A stretch of 64,000 bases of DNA from Camelus ferus (Eukaryota). This document shows positions 1 to 14,200 of the stretch, in pieces (positions within the stretch are counted from its first letter, which is position 1; each line of letters opens with the position of its first letter). The stretch is from positions 9,798,001 through 9,862,000 of the forward strand of contig NC_045696.1 in the NCBI RefSeq assembly GCF_009834535.1, read 5' to 3'. The notes beneath the pieces were generated by a model, which saw only the letters and a program-made list of their open reading frames with translations, was not told the origin of the DNA and did not search any database. The position numbers and the translations under genes are program-made.

Positions 1-65
1 AGTTTTTGAAAATCACGCTTTCACTCTGATCAAAAGTTACTCATAAAATACGATGGTCTTAAAAT

Positions 66-71
66 TTTATT
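66..71 (-). terminator. Probable MRPS6 polyadenylation signal AATAAA
   Basis: TTTATT on + strand, about 350 nt downstream of the MRPS6 stop codon. Confidence 0.7.
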
Positions 72-419
72 TTGCATGGTTGTATACAGTCTGAATGACT
101 AGCTTGCAACCCAAGGCAGTTTTTACAAGCTTTGCTCTTCAAAATAGTGTTAGTGTTGTTGCAGGGCAAAAGTCCTGACACATTACATTCAGGAAACAGA
201 ATCGAGGAAGCCAAGTGGGGACCACAGATCACAAAGAGGCTCTAAGCAAGCCATGCCCCTACTTCCCACAGCAACGAGGATCAAGAGCTAAAAATATCTC
301 AGAAAAATCAAGTGGCGCCTGCAGCACCCTCTTATATAAAGGTCAAGCTTGTAAATTATTAATCCACGGTGCTCAAAAGTGAGAGAATTAAATATAAGGC
401 TAAGATCTGGCAAATCTTC

Positions 420-609
420 TCACTTCCTCCTCTTCGTGGAATACAGCTTCTCTTCAAGTGGGACTGGGACGATCCCTTCACACTTTTTCACTTCCTGAGT
501 CAGAGGGTGTTTTACAATATTCGGTCTAATCACATCAGTGTCTCGAGACAGATACTCCATTATGCCGTCAACAGTTGTTGTTGGCGCATAAAAATCCACC
601 AAGAAATAC
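420..609 (-). CDS. MRPS6: MRPS6 coding exon 3 (YFLVDFYAP...[21 protein letters not shown])
   Basis: Acceptor TTTTATTTTATTGCAG|G, TGA at 422-420. 45+140+190=375 nt, which is 124 aa plus stop in frame. Cys105 is present. Confidence 0.97.
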
Positions 610-2029
610 CTGCAATAAAATAAAAATTTGTGAATATCCTGCATTCTGAAACACAGCGGTTTCACTACTTTGGTCAGTGTTTTCACTTTACTCCTCCCCA
701 GATAAAGACATCAACCACACACACACACACAACACATCTCTGTCAAAACAGAAACCGCCGGCGGACCCGCTGACCCCCAGTGCCGCAGCGCGCCCACCTC
801 CCTTTGTGACGGCCTTCCCCCTTACACTCTTGTGAAAATCTGGACCCAAACAAGCTCAGTGGTAGAAAAAAAGCAACGTGACGTTACATGCAGTAGGAAA
901 TACTAGAAAGATGGTAAAATTATGGTACAAGAACAGAATTTGCTATTCAGCAAAGCCTGAATTTTCTAAACCATTAGCTGATTTTTTTGAGTGTGGAAAC
1001 ACCTACTAATCTTCTAATTTTCCAAAGGATTTTACAAGTGACTAAATGCACCAAAGAGATACAGAAGGAACCACCGGCCGTACTTCACAAACAAGGAAAA
1101 AGAAAAGGCCTGGGACTTGTCTAAGACTACCTTGCATGGTCAAGAACTGACAGAAAACAACAACAAAATTACCTGAGTTTTGGGTAAGAGAAAGAATTTC
1201 ATATTCATCCACCCAGACCAGACTAGTACAGACAGGCACCTCATACAGCTCCCTGGTCTTAAAAAAGGAAAACAACTTCACAGCGGTCTGCGGGAGGACG
1301 GCACAAAGGAGGAAGCATCTCTGGTCCCTGCCCCCACTCCGCTCAGTTCTGAAAGTTTAAGCCTCCCTTGTCCTGTTTAGTTTGGACAACAGTGCTGTTA
1401 AAGGACAGTTTTCAGTGCAGTATTTCAGAATTCTACAACGTTCCAGCTGGTTAGGATGACCTCTGACACCCCTCATTTTGTTCCAGCCACACTCTTCTCC
1501 CAAGCCTAGTCCCATCCTCGGTCTTCACTGTGCCTCTGCCGGAAGTGGTCTTTACCCACGTCCACACAGCTCCTCCCTCGCTTCCATCACGTCTCCGTCC
1601 AAAAGTCAACTGGTGAGAGAGGCCTTCTGTCCCACCCACCCAGCCATCACTCTTATCTCCCTTACTTACGCTTTGCTTTTCTCCCCCACAGCACTTTATC
1701 ACCCCTGACACAGCACACGCTTGTTTACAGTCTGTCTCGCTCCACTAACAGATAGCTGCCCTAGGAAGGGCCGTGTCGCTACAGCCCCAGCACCCTGCGC
1801 AGAGGCTGACGTCCCTCCATCAGGCCCGCAGTAAATACCTGACAGCGGTGGTGCAGCATAAAAGGCGGGATTCTCATAGAAAGTAGGAAAGACAAGCTTA
1901 AAATGGACAAATTCAGCAAGAAAGTTACGACAAAAAGTACGGCATTTTGTTAATTCCATACAAAGAGGGTTCAAAACTTGAAAGAAAATTTGCCGTGCGA
2001 CCATTCATAAGCCTAGTGGGAAACTCAAT

Positions 2030-5000
2030 CTAGTAAAAATAATTAAAAGGATAGAAAAACATGTATCACGCAAAAATACCAATCAAAAGACAGTCCCAGT
2101 GGCTACAGTAATACCAGACAAAGTAGACTTTTGAGCAAAGAGAATTATCAGGGGAAAAAGAAACACTACATAGTGATGAGTTCACCAAGAAGACACAACA
2201 ACCCTGACTGTGTGTGACAGATAGCAGAGTTTCAACACACAGGAAGTACACGCCAACAGAACTGAAAAGAGAAAGACACAAATCCACAATTAGAGTTGGA
2301 AACCTTCAACATTCCTTTCAGTAATCAACAGACCTGGTACACAGAAAATCAGCAAGGCTATGGAAAAAGCAAACACCACCTTCAACCATCTGGATCTGAT
2401 ACTTGTAGAACCCTCCACCCAAGAACAGCAGGATACGTATTTGTTCTCAGGGGCACGTAGAACATTTGCCAAGGTTGACCATATTCTGGGCTATAAAACG
2501 AGTCACAATAAATCTAAAAGGGATTCGAGCCACACAGAAAAATCTTGGGAAAATCACCAAATACTTAGAAATTAAACATACATCTCAACAACCTATGGGT
2601 CAAAGAAGAAATCAAAAGAGAAATTACAAAATACTTTAAATTGAATAAAAATGAAAACAAATCAAAATTTGAAGAATGCCACTAAAGCAGGACTTAGCAG
2701 TAAATTTACAACACTAAACGTCTATGGAAAAAAAAGAAAAAAGGCCTCAAATAAATTACCTCAGCCTCCACCCTAAGAAACCAGAAAAAGGAGAGAAAAT
2801 TAAATGTAAAGTAAGACAAAAGAAAATAATAAAATCAGAGCAGAAATCCCCGAAGCAGGATACAGAAAAACAGAGCACATCAATGAAACCAAACACTAGT
2901 TCACTGAGAAGACCAACAAAAGTGATACACCTCTAATCAGACTGACCAGTAAAGAGAGAAAAAACAGAAATCACCGATACTGGGGACAAGACAGGTGCAA
3001 TGACTACAAAAGTTTACAGATATTAAAAGGATAGTAAGGGAATATTATACAAAGTTTTTGCAATATATTTGACAACATAGCTGTAATTCCCTGAAAAACA
3101 CAAACTGTCAAAACTCACTCAAGAAGAAACAGATAACCTGAACAGCCCTATATCTATCAAAGAAATTAAATCTGTAGCTAAAAAATCTTCCCACAAAGAG
3201 AACTACAGGCCCAGTCAGCTTCACTGGGGAACTCTACTAACTGCTTATGAAAAAAAAAGCCAATTCTGATACAAACTGGTCTGAAAAATAGGAAAACACT
3301 TTTCAACTTGTTCTATGAGGTCAGCGTTACCCTGATACCAAGACAAGACAAAGACACTACAAGAAGAAAGACCTATATCCCCCATAAACATAAATGAAAA
3401 AATTCTAAGCAAAATTTTAGCAAACTGACTATTATAATATATAAAAAGGACAGTATATCCTGACCAAGTAAGATTTAGTCCAAGAATGCAAGATTTGTTT
3501 AACATTTGAAAATCAATGAAAATCCACCATATTGACACACTAAAAAAAAAAATCTTTTGATCATTCCAGTGGATGCAAAAAGAAGCATTTAGCAAAATCT
3601 CACATCCAATCTTGATTAAAAAAAAATCTTAGCAAACTATAGAAAGAAGGAATCTTCTTCAATCTTATAAAGACCGTATTGGAAAAACCCACAACAGCAT
3701 ACTAACCGACCAAAGTCCGAATGCTTTCCCCCTAAGAGTGGGAACAAACAAGAATGCCTGTTCTCACCACTTCCACTCAGCATTTTACTGAAGTGTCTTC
3801 CCAGTGCGGTAAGTATGAAAAAAAGAAATAAAAGGCATCCAGATAGGTAAGGAAAAAGTAAAACTGTCTTTATTTTACAGATGTCACCATCATGTACACA
3901 AAAAAATATGAAGAAACTTATAAGATACTAGGACTCTTTAAGTTTAGCAAGGTTGCAAGATACAAGGTCAACAAAAATTAACTGTATTTCTATACACTAG
4001 CAACAAATAATCAGACCTTGAAATTGAATATGAAATACTTAAAGATAAATCTGACAAAAGATGTGTAAGACTTGTACGCTAAAAACTACAAAACATTGTT
4101 GAAGGAAACTACAGAAAACCTACATAAATGAAGAGGTATACCTTGTTCACAGGGAGGAAGATTCAATTTATTTAGATGTCAGTTCTCTCAAATTGATCTA
4201 TAAATTCAAGAGAATCCCAATCAAAATCCTAACAGACCTTTTTGCCAGAAACTGACAAACTGATTCTTAAGTTCATATGGAAAGTCAAAGGATGAAGAAC
4301 AGCCAAGACAATTTTGATAAAGTTGAAGGACTAATACTACCTGATTTCAAGACTTATTGTAAAGGTATGGTAATCGAGGTAGTACAGTACTTGTATAAAG
4401 ATACACAAGTAGATCTACAGAACAGAATAGAGTTCAGAAATGGATCCATACACATTCGCACAACTGATTTTTGACAAAGGTACAAAGACAATTCAGTGGA
4501 GAAAGGATACTTCTTTTAACGAATGGTGTTGAAACAATTTGATATCCATATGCAAAAAAAATGAACTTTGATCCATATTTGTACTATATACAAAAATTAA
4601 CTCAAACTGGAACATGAATCTAAACATAAAACATAAAGCTATAAACGTAGAATAAAACACAGGAGAAAATCTTTGTGACCTTGAGTTAATTAGGCGAAGG
4701 TTCCTTAGACATGACACCAGAAGCACAATCCGTAAAAGAAAAATCTGATCATTTAGACTTCATCAAAACCAAAAACTGCTCTTTGAAAGATATTGTTAAG
4801 ATAACAAAAAGACAAGCCATATACTGGGCCTCGCACATCTCATATTTGATAAAGGACTTATTCCTGGAATATTAACAACTCAAAATTTAATTAAAAACAA
4901 TTTTTTAAATGGGCATAAAATTTGAAAAGGTATTTCCTGAAGATATACAATGGTGAAGAAGCAGGTGATGAGATGCTTAATACTGTTAGTCATTAGAGAA

Positions 5001-5690
5001 ATGTGAATTAAAACCAGAGATGTCTACTAGAATGGCTAAACAATGACCATACCAAATGTTGGTGAGGATAGAGAGGAAATGACACTTCCACACACTGCTA
5101 GGAAATGCAAGATGACACCACAACTTTGGAAAACAGTTTGGCATTCTCTTAAAAAGTTAAACATATACCTGCCATTATGATCAAGCCATCCCATTCCTAG
5201 ATTTACTCCCAAAACCAAAGTATATGCCCATAAACAACTTGCACATCAATGTCGACAGCAGCTTTCCTTGTAACAACCCAAAACTGAAAGTAGCACAAAT
5301 ATCCATTAACATGTAAACTAATAAGCAAACTATGGTACGTCAACTAAACAGCATACTACTCAGGAATAAAAGGGAAAAAACTATTAATACAGACCACTAA
5401 TGAATCTCATAATAATAATTTTGCTGAGTGAAAGACACTAGAGCAAAAAAGAGTGCATACTACTTCTATCCAAATAAGACTTTAGAAAATATAAGCTAAT
5501 CTAGAGTGAAAGAAGGCAGATCAGTGGTTGCTAGGTGTGGGAACAAGTGGAAGGAAGGCTCAGAAGAGGCAGGAGGAAACTTTGGGGGTGACCAATTTGT
5601 TTCTCATCTTGACTTGGGTTTATACATCTGTGCAGTTTATTGTGTGGCACATATCTCTGTAAAGCTGTTGATTTTTAAATGCTCTATAGG
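2030..5690 (+). mobile_element. Degenerate old LINE-1 (L1M-type), ORF2 plus 3' end, with internal deletions
   Basis: A-rich strand with ORF2 remnants: endonuclease-like YLFSGARRTFAKVDHILGYK and later GLILPDFKTYCK. Many stops and frameshifts. Confidence 0.9.
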
Positions 5691-8237
5691 AAGCTGAGAG
5701 GCCAGGACTTGGTAAATGACTTGCTGTGGGCGGTGGTGATGAGGGAGCAAGTACAGCTTGATGAAGACCCCCAGGGTTTTCCAAGAAATGAAATAAAAAT
5801 GATATAAATCCCTCCACTAACTGGCAAACTTCTTGAGGGAGTGACTTGTACCTCTGCTCAAGGATGAGACCACTGTTTGGGCTTACTCTGAAAATTACGC
5901 ACCAACCGGGCCAAATTTTCCTAGGTTTCATTCTACTTGTTTATTTCTACTCCACGTAGCCCATGCTAGGATTGCAACCACCCAACTTAAGAACCGCTCG
6001 TTTGTTCAACATTTAATTATTGATTACTTATCCTGAGTAAGGCTCTGGAACAGAACCTAAAAAGTAAGTGTAATCGACCTTAAATTATCTTCTCCTTGCC
6101 AACCCCCAGCCCTTTACCCACTCCTCCAGCCCCCAAATAATTATGGCCACCTGGTGGCCAGAGCACGGAACTCTCACTCAACATAGCCTCCAGTGTCCTT
6201 CTTCCCTTTTTATCCATTTGTTTTTTCATCATATTTTCGTCATTCATCAAATGTATTGCCCGGCTACTGTGGACAAGTTATGACCTCACCCTCTGTCGGC
6301 CAACATCCCACCATACTTAATTCTATAGCAGGTAGTGGTTCCTTAAACATATGCACATCCTCTCTGAGCTCCTTCCTCCTCCCTTGCCTTTGGCTAGTTT
6401 CCCAAGAAGAGTCTTCCTATTTGCCTTATTACACTTAAAGCCCTGTGCTGACGGCTGGAGGGAGGGAACATGAAATGCCATCTATTAACAGAGGGTAAGA
6501 TGGAGGGAAATGCTGAGGCCCGACACGCTCAGGGCACTCAGCAACCCAGGCCACTACCACTGCCAGCCCTGGAAGTGCTCCAAGTCCCCTCCCTCCAGAA
6601 AGTCCACAGGTGTCACCTGCTCTAGTGAGGTAAGCCTGCCCTTCTTTATACTCAAGTATTCAGGTTACTCAAGTATTGTATCTGGGGTTCAGCGAGCATT
6701 GTTTCCTTTCATTTTCCATTCAACCACACCACAGAGGCATTTTTGTGGGCTAGCCTCCAAGTCTAAACATATTTCTAAGAGAGAGGGTGCTTACGGTAGC
6801 CAACAACCAGCTCAACTGCCCACAAACCAACTTCCCTTCAGTCTTCCTGAGCAGCAGCAGCCTCTCTACACTGGCTCTCACGAAACGATGCTAAGAAATA
6901 CACCCAAGGCTTCTGGATATCATTTTCTGATAAGGGTAAAAAGGATACTCAAGGATGGAAACTAGAGGCCAGATATACCAGAAACCTCTTATTTCAGAAA
7001 TTAAAAGAGAGTGTCTTGGAAATCTCTTTTAAACAGCTCCTGAGGAAGAGAACGAAGAGGTGGAAGCCCCACACCACGCGGCAACCCAGCAAATGGAAGC
7101 GGAGGAAGCGGGGCTGGGTGCAGGGCTGGGTCCAGCAGCCCTCTCCCCAGCAACTACTACTGTTCTAGCAGCTTTCAAAGTGGCTTCCTGCACATTACCT
7201 CCTCTGACTTTTATAATAATTAAGTCACTGATTCAAGGTCACTCAGCTACAAAGTGGTCAGTTAGGATTCTAACAGAGTGGTCTTTGACTCCAAGACAAT
7301 AGAAGCCACAGAGAGCTCTGGGGCCAAAGGCTTACAGAATCACAGCATGCAAGTGCTGGAGCGGACCATGAAGACGACACAGTCCAGCTGATCTGCAACG
7401 GGCCACAAGTGAGAGGCAGGCTCCAGACCCCACAGATCCCCACTCCGTCAACCACATCTCTTGCTACTTAGCAGCCAGCATTCTGGAGGTTTCTCAAGGA
7501 TAAAGAGAAGTCCTAGACAAAGGCCTGAAAAGGCCTCCCGGAGATTCTCTGTTACCATCACCCCCCTTCCCCCCGACCCCGCTAGCCTTTACCTTCTTTT
7601 ACCTACCCTGCCTTCCCTGTACCGTGATGCTCATCTGGCAACCAAACCCAAACAGGACCACTGGCCAAAATGCAAATGGGCTTGTACTCACAGCCACAGC
7701 TGCGACAGTCATTTCATGCTTATCACCCTGCTGATCTATGCCTGGGGCTCGTGTGGGCAAAGACTGCTTCTACTCCCAGGCTCCTTATTACACTGTGGAA
7801 ATTTCCACAAAAAGGAAGTACCATCAAAACAGAGGAGAGGAGCAGCTCAGAGGAGGGCAGCTCTTGCTGTATTCGACACTCCTGGTTGAGAGCTGAACCT
7901 CCTTCCTCTGCCTTAGTGACCCAAGCACACAGGTCAGTACCCCTTTACAGCTTTCCCACACAGGAATGCCATGACCAACTCCTGGCTGCTGCCAGCACCT
8001 ACTCTTTTTCTCACCTACATATCTCAGGCAAACCCAGTCAATCAATGAACATCTACTGTGGGCAAACCTCAGAAGGAGGCTAAAAATATGAGGTACACAG
8101 AGCCTTGATCTCCTGGAACTTCAGTCCAGCTAGGGAGAGGAAGTTACCAGGGCTGCTGTGCTAGCAGAAACCGGCGTCCAGGACCTGCACACACCTCCCA
8201 GTCCTGAAGGAGACGGTGGGACTGACGTGGTGGCTGT

Positions 8238-8279
8238 GGACACCCGATTCCTAGCTGCGGACACCCGATTCCTAGCTGC
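8238..8279. repeat. Perfect 21-bp tandem duplication
   Basis: GGACACCCGATTCCTAGCTGC x2. Confidence 0.93.
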
Positions 8280-11200
8280 TGGGCTTTTCTAACCACAGGT
8301 GACCTGAGGAAGGATGATGACGCTTTTTACAGATGTGAGAGACTGAATGGGGCACATCCCTGCGTCTCCATCTGAACCAGTGAAGACATGAGGCTTAGAG
8401 CAGCCTACTTGGAGCTGTAGGCTGGAGCAGCTTCAGAGGCCTGCAAGGATCCCTTTCCCTTGACAGCACAGGTCCGTGACAGACCTGGAAAAACTGGGAA
8501 TTAGGTTGACAGAATGACCTTGGAATGCCCTACATCCCACTGAAAGCTGCCATGGAGAAGCCATTCTGAAATTCAGAAGAGCTGCTGTTCAAAGGAAGGG
8601 GGCCAGAAGAGGGGCTCAACGCCCCAGAGGGATCTGCCCCACTTTCGCCCCAGCCCTGAGCGAGGCGAGGACCGAGAGGATTCAACAGCCACAGTGAGGT
8701 ACCAGCGTTTGCTTCTTGCCCCAACCTAGCTAGGGAGAATCCAAACACAAGCCCCAAAGTCACAACACACGTAGACGATTTCTTATCTTCATCCTCATGA
8801 CAAGCTCCTCACTCAAGGTAGAAGAGTTTAGGGTTATGACTATAATCGCTACTGCCTAGCCATGGCCAAAAGCTGACATTCCAATAAAAAGTAACCAAGT
8901 TCTCCAAATAGCTAGTTTCCACTCTCCACTTTTACTCTAATCAACGATCAAATCAGTAAATGGGCAGATCATTTTGGAAAAATCCAGTTTAGCAATCTGA
9001 ACTCTAATTATAGTATACACTCCCAGCCTCTTCAGCCACGTGTTTGCTGGCACCAGTGAGATGGTTCTGCACACCAGGTAGCCAGGGTTGAATGTAAGCA
9101 CTGTCATCGCCTTCAACACAAAACCCAGTGGTGGTGACATTTCAAGGTGTGTTTTCCCACACGTGGTTCTAATTATAGAATCACTTCATCCACAAGGCAG
9201 ACACCAGCTTCACCCAAGCATCTCTCTTTTCTATAGAAAAGCACTCAGGTTTTATGCAGCCCCAACTGTGCACAAGCAGAAGTAAGGAGATGACTGATAC
9301 CAGGGAAAGAGAGAAACAAAAAAAGCTCAGCACACTAATACATTTCTCATCACAGAGTCCCATGTTCAAAAGTTGGAGGAACAGGGAACCATCTCATACG
9401 CAGAACTGCCCACGTGGTCTTGAAGGTGATAATTAACCCTCCTTTGTATTTCTTAAGACATTCACTACAAACTCTCCACTACCATGACTGAAACCCCACA
9501 GAGATTTGAGAAGACCCAGAGAAAGGGCTTCCCCAGGACAGACCGAGCCCAGTGTCACCAGGACCACACCATCCCCAGCGCGGGCTCCCGTGGGAGCCAG
9601 CAGCCCTCAGCGTCCTTTCTGCTCCTCCTCTCTCGGGCCCGAGCCTCAGTACCACTCAGTCCCCTCCTGGCACAAGGCTACGCGGGCTGCCAGCCCCCAC
9701 CCCACCTGAGTGGCTGAGGGAGGAAACATGTCTTCTTGCAGCACTCCTAAATGTAAAGGCTGTATTTGGTTTTTATTCCACTTTTGTCTTAACCCTGTAT
9801 TTACAAGTTTTCCATAAAAAGTGCTTGGCTGAATTTGAGTTATATTCTTTGTCTGTCTCTCTCAGACACAGTCACACACTCACTCACAGCCTCCCCTTCC
9901 CCCTAGCAGACGAGTGGAAATTTCCACTGAAGCGCTCAGTGGCTCCAGTGAGCAGGGTGGGGGAGGGGGAGAAGAGGGATTTGCAGCCATGAAGCATCTT
10001 CAAGCCTTTTTGAAGACAGGAAACAGATCCGTCTGAATGCCAGTTCCTAGCCTGTATCGGTTAAATCTTGCTGGATTCAGGCTTCGCTGAGGCAGTGAAT
10101 TATTCCCCTTAAAACGAAGACACCCTCTGCATGGAAAAGCCCCATTTCTTTTTATATCTGTTGGGTCTCATACATTTTAAAAACCACTAAACCTGCTGCA
10201 GAATCCTTACAAATCTTGGGACACTGCCACCAAAAAGAAACCTGCAAGGCCATGGCAGCCTTGCCTTGAAACCCTGTCACGAAGCACCTACACACAAGAA
10301 TGGGGTCAGGATGCTGGCCTGGCCTTAACGCTGGCAGGAAAGCACAAGAACATGGAAATGTTAGCTAACGGGAAAACCACAGAGGAGAATCAGTCTCCTC
10401 TAGAGAGGGTGCCAGCGCTCCCGGAGTGAGCTGCAGACACACTCGGGGAGCGAGTCAGTAAAATTCCACTGATTCACCACAGAGCCAGTTATTTTTATCA
10501 TTCTGCTTACCCGTAAATAGAAGGGCATCTTATATGTAGGCCAGCAGATCTCTGCTATAAGTACCTATCCACATTTTAAAGCAGATGAGAAAAGAGAAAG
10601 AAGGGACAAAACAGGCAAGAAAAACCTCCCTCATGTCTTAAGAGCTCTTATACACACGCATTCTGAAGTCAGCCCAGTCTCACTGCAGTAAAATCAGGCG
10701 TGGTAAAAATAGTCAAAGCCAATCTGGGGCATCCTTTTACAAACAAGCACAAGCCCAACACTGAAATATGGACCACGGTTTCTTTTATAGTTCCCTCCCC
10801 TGCACCAGAAATCACTCTCAGTCTCAGTCCAGCCCCATCTAGTGGAAAGAGAGCCTTAAACCAGCCTGTGCAGCCCTGGAGGAAGACAAAGACGCCGACA
10901 TAGTTCTGGCAGAATCTGCTACTATGATTCAGTAAACTGCCCATCCCTTTTTAGCAAGGGTCTAAATGAGCACTTACTCCTGCTGCTCCCTTCTGCACAT
11001 GTGACACTGTCCCCTTTTAGACTCCAAGGAATACAGTAAGAATCTTCCAAGACACCAACCTTCCCTTTCCCACAGAGTCAATCAAGGTGCCAAGATGAGC
11101 ATGTGACTATACAAAGGAAAGCTAATTGGGGGCCCCCAAGAGACTAGAGCAAATCCAGAGCTGAGAATGAATCCCAGGCCTTCTAAGACCACACCACTCC

Positions 11201-14200
11201 CCCTCCCCTCAGCTCCAAATAACGCTCCAGCGGTTGCCAGGCGCTGCCTGGTGAAAGGGGTGGCGAGTGAGGCCAGAAGCCTCCACCTGGAAAGCTGGTC
11301 TAGAGGATCCAAACTTCTCAACCAGCCCAGCCTGGCCCAGACAGCAACAGGGGCATCTGGTCAGCTCCTCCCTGTTCCTAAATGCACATCACCGGAGGGA
11401 CAACTGACAAGGGAACTGACTTCCCCTGGAAAAATACTCTTAATAAGTTACAGGTATCTGAGATACTATCCCCACCCCTGATAAATAAAGGTGACTCAAC
11501 CCAGGCTCTACTCTGCTGCCAGAAGGAATTCAGAGCAGCATTTTAAATCTAAGTTTTAGAAAGGTGCTCCAGCTGTACATATATAACTTCTCCAGTTCTA
11601 CTGACCCTCAGAGATTCTGAGCTCAAGCAAGTTTCTGTGGATCAAAACTTAACCATTAAGTTTTTCTGATGGGAAAATAGGTTCCCAGTTATAAACATCA
11701 AACTTACAAATCCCGTATGTAACCTGGAATGTAACCTGTTTCCAAAGTCAGGACTGACCAAGTTAATATCTGGACTATAATGATTGTATTTTGGGGGCAT
11801 AAACCAGTAACAGACTTGATATAATAAACACTAGGTACCACTTTCAAGGTACCCCCTCCTCTTTCTGGAAGACTTCCCAAATAACCCTAAAGTAACAGGA
11901 TCTCTCCTACCTAAGCATTTTTCTACCCTCATCCTTCATTCAGGCCTACTTGCCATGTGTGTAGCCAGGGAACGGATCTGGGGGGAGGAGGTGAGGTGGT
12001 CAGCCTGGGGGGTGCTGAGCTCCAGCCTGTATACCCCCTTGGCTGCTGCCCCGGTGCCTGGGTTAGTCATACACATGCAAGCCCCTGATTCAAGTGAAAA
12101 CTTCTTGAGATCAGGAACCACAATAATCACGAGAACCATCCTGAGACCTAGGAGTACCACTGGGATATGCCATTTCTTCCTGTAAAATGTAAAAGCAACA
12201 AATATGTATGACCAACAGCACCACAACGCAACGTGGGTTCTTAGAGGGCATCTCGAGCCCACTAGTTAGCCAGCTGAAAAGTTGGCTCTCACACACCAAC
12301 CTAAGGATTCAAGTCAGTGCCCCACCAAAATTACAGACACCTGTCATGGCCTCCACGGCTGTTCAAAAGAGTCAAAACCTTCCAAATGCTAATAAATGCA
12401 TGACAAACAAGTCCACTCTGCTTCTTCTCAACCACTTTGTAAAAGTGAGCCTTCCCAGCACCTGGCACACGCTGGGCACATCTGCTTAATACATGTTTGT
12501 AATGCCTTCTGTGGCTACATCAGTGCACAAAAAGAGCTAGCCATGTGAACAAAAGGCCTAGCACAAATGTCACTGGGGTTAGTGACTATGGGAGGACTAG
12601 TGGCAGCCAATATCAGAGTAAACTTAAGCTCCACACTGCAGACATCCGACACACCACTCAACTCTAAATCTCCAACCCCCGGAGGTAACTCCCAACTACC
12701 CTAGCCCCTCACCTCCTCATTGACCAAAAGCCACTGTGAGGAATATTAGTGAGTGTTACAAAACTAAAAGTTACATGGTCAAAGGACACTGACAAACAAA
12801 GGCATCTTACTGCAGGGTGTCTCACCATTTACACTCTACAGCGTGCGGTGAATCTCTAAAAGGAGCAGAACGTGCAAGGCTTCCCACATCTAACTGATCA
12901 CAAGCACATCCCAGTTTTCGGTGGAGTATCACCACACTTTGGAAAACATTATCTCAAACAAATAAATACCAGATATTGATTTATCCCCAGAAAAGCAAGC
13001 TTAAAACATGAACCTCCCAGCCTGGGACTGGGAATTGCCTTTCTGTGTCAATGCACAATATACACAACATAATGCACTTTAACAATGTGGCTTCTCCTTT
13101 GCTGAGAAGTCTGAAAGTAAAAACAACAACACAACAAAAATAAAATCCTTAGCTACGGAGGAACTAAGTGCCTACAACACAGTCTTTGGTGGGGCACAGG
13201 TACCTTGTCAGGAATCCAGGACGTAGGGCCAGCGTTGTCAGCAGTTCTGCCTTAATTCCAGGTGGGCACTTCCTGGATCTGAATTTATTCTCTCCGTAAG
13301 AGAGAAAGAGCACCACTCCACCCCAGCATATGCACACAGAGGCCTGAAAACTAGATGAATTAACGCAGCAGTTCTCCAAGTGTGGGCCTCAGACAGCAGG
13401 AGCAGCGGCACTGCCCACACCGTGAGAAGCGGTAAGTTCTAGGATGCTGGTCACACCAGCCGCCAATAAGGTCAAATCCTGTACTTGGAAAGAGGGCAGA
13501 AGAAAGCACTCCTACTGACCTCCCTGAAAGCTGACTTCTCTCCCTGTTCAGTGCCTTACATCACGGAACCTGGCTAATAATTCTTGGCCAAATTTTACAT
13601 ACTCCTCTTTAAAAAAGAAAAAGAGGCAAAAGGATTCATAGCCTTGCTATTATAACCAAACCTCTTTGTGGTTAAGTTAAAAAAAAAATGTTACACACAC
13701 AATCGGCATGGCTCACTGTTGTTATGATTGTGGAGAGGGAAAAAGCCACCGTGCATTTCATGTTGCCTAGCAACACCTCAGGCACGCTCTGCAGAGGTGC
13801 TCTCAAGAAGCTGAACACTAGCACAAAACAAGGTGAAGCAATCAAAAGATGCAATGTGCAGTCTGTGCCACACCTCAGCAGAAGGTTTACAGGCAGTAAG
13901 AAAGCCCAGTGTGACGCAGGACTTCACTTGAGTGCATCACTTGTATCAAAACTGCATAAGAGTGCTCGCTCCGTGTGCCTAAAAGCAGCTCACACAACAC
14001 CCAGTGCTGTCCACAGAGCACATCTTCAGAGAACATCTCATTTGATCTCTGTGACAAAGCGGATGGGAGGTCATCTGAGTTCAGTACCCAAGGAAGCGGG
14101 AAACAGAGAAGCTAAGTGACTTGGTCTAGGCCACACAGCTGGGAACACAAGAGGGAGAATCCAGTCTCCGAGTCCGGGCCTCTCCCACTATGCTAAAAAC

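Noticed and set aside
2360..4474. Short ORFs resembling L1 ORF2 segments
   Set aside because: Broken pieces of a dead L1, not a domesticated gene.
6510..14119. 100-150 aa ORFs in MRPS6 intron 2
   Set aside because: No recognisable homology, many non-ATG starts and no exon structure.
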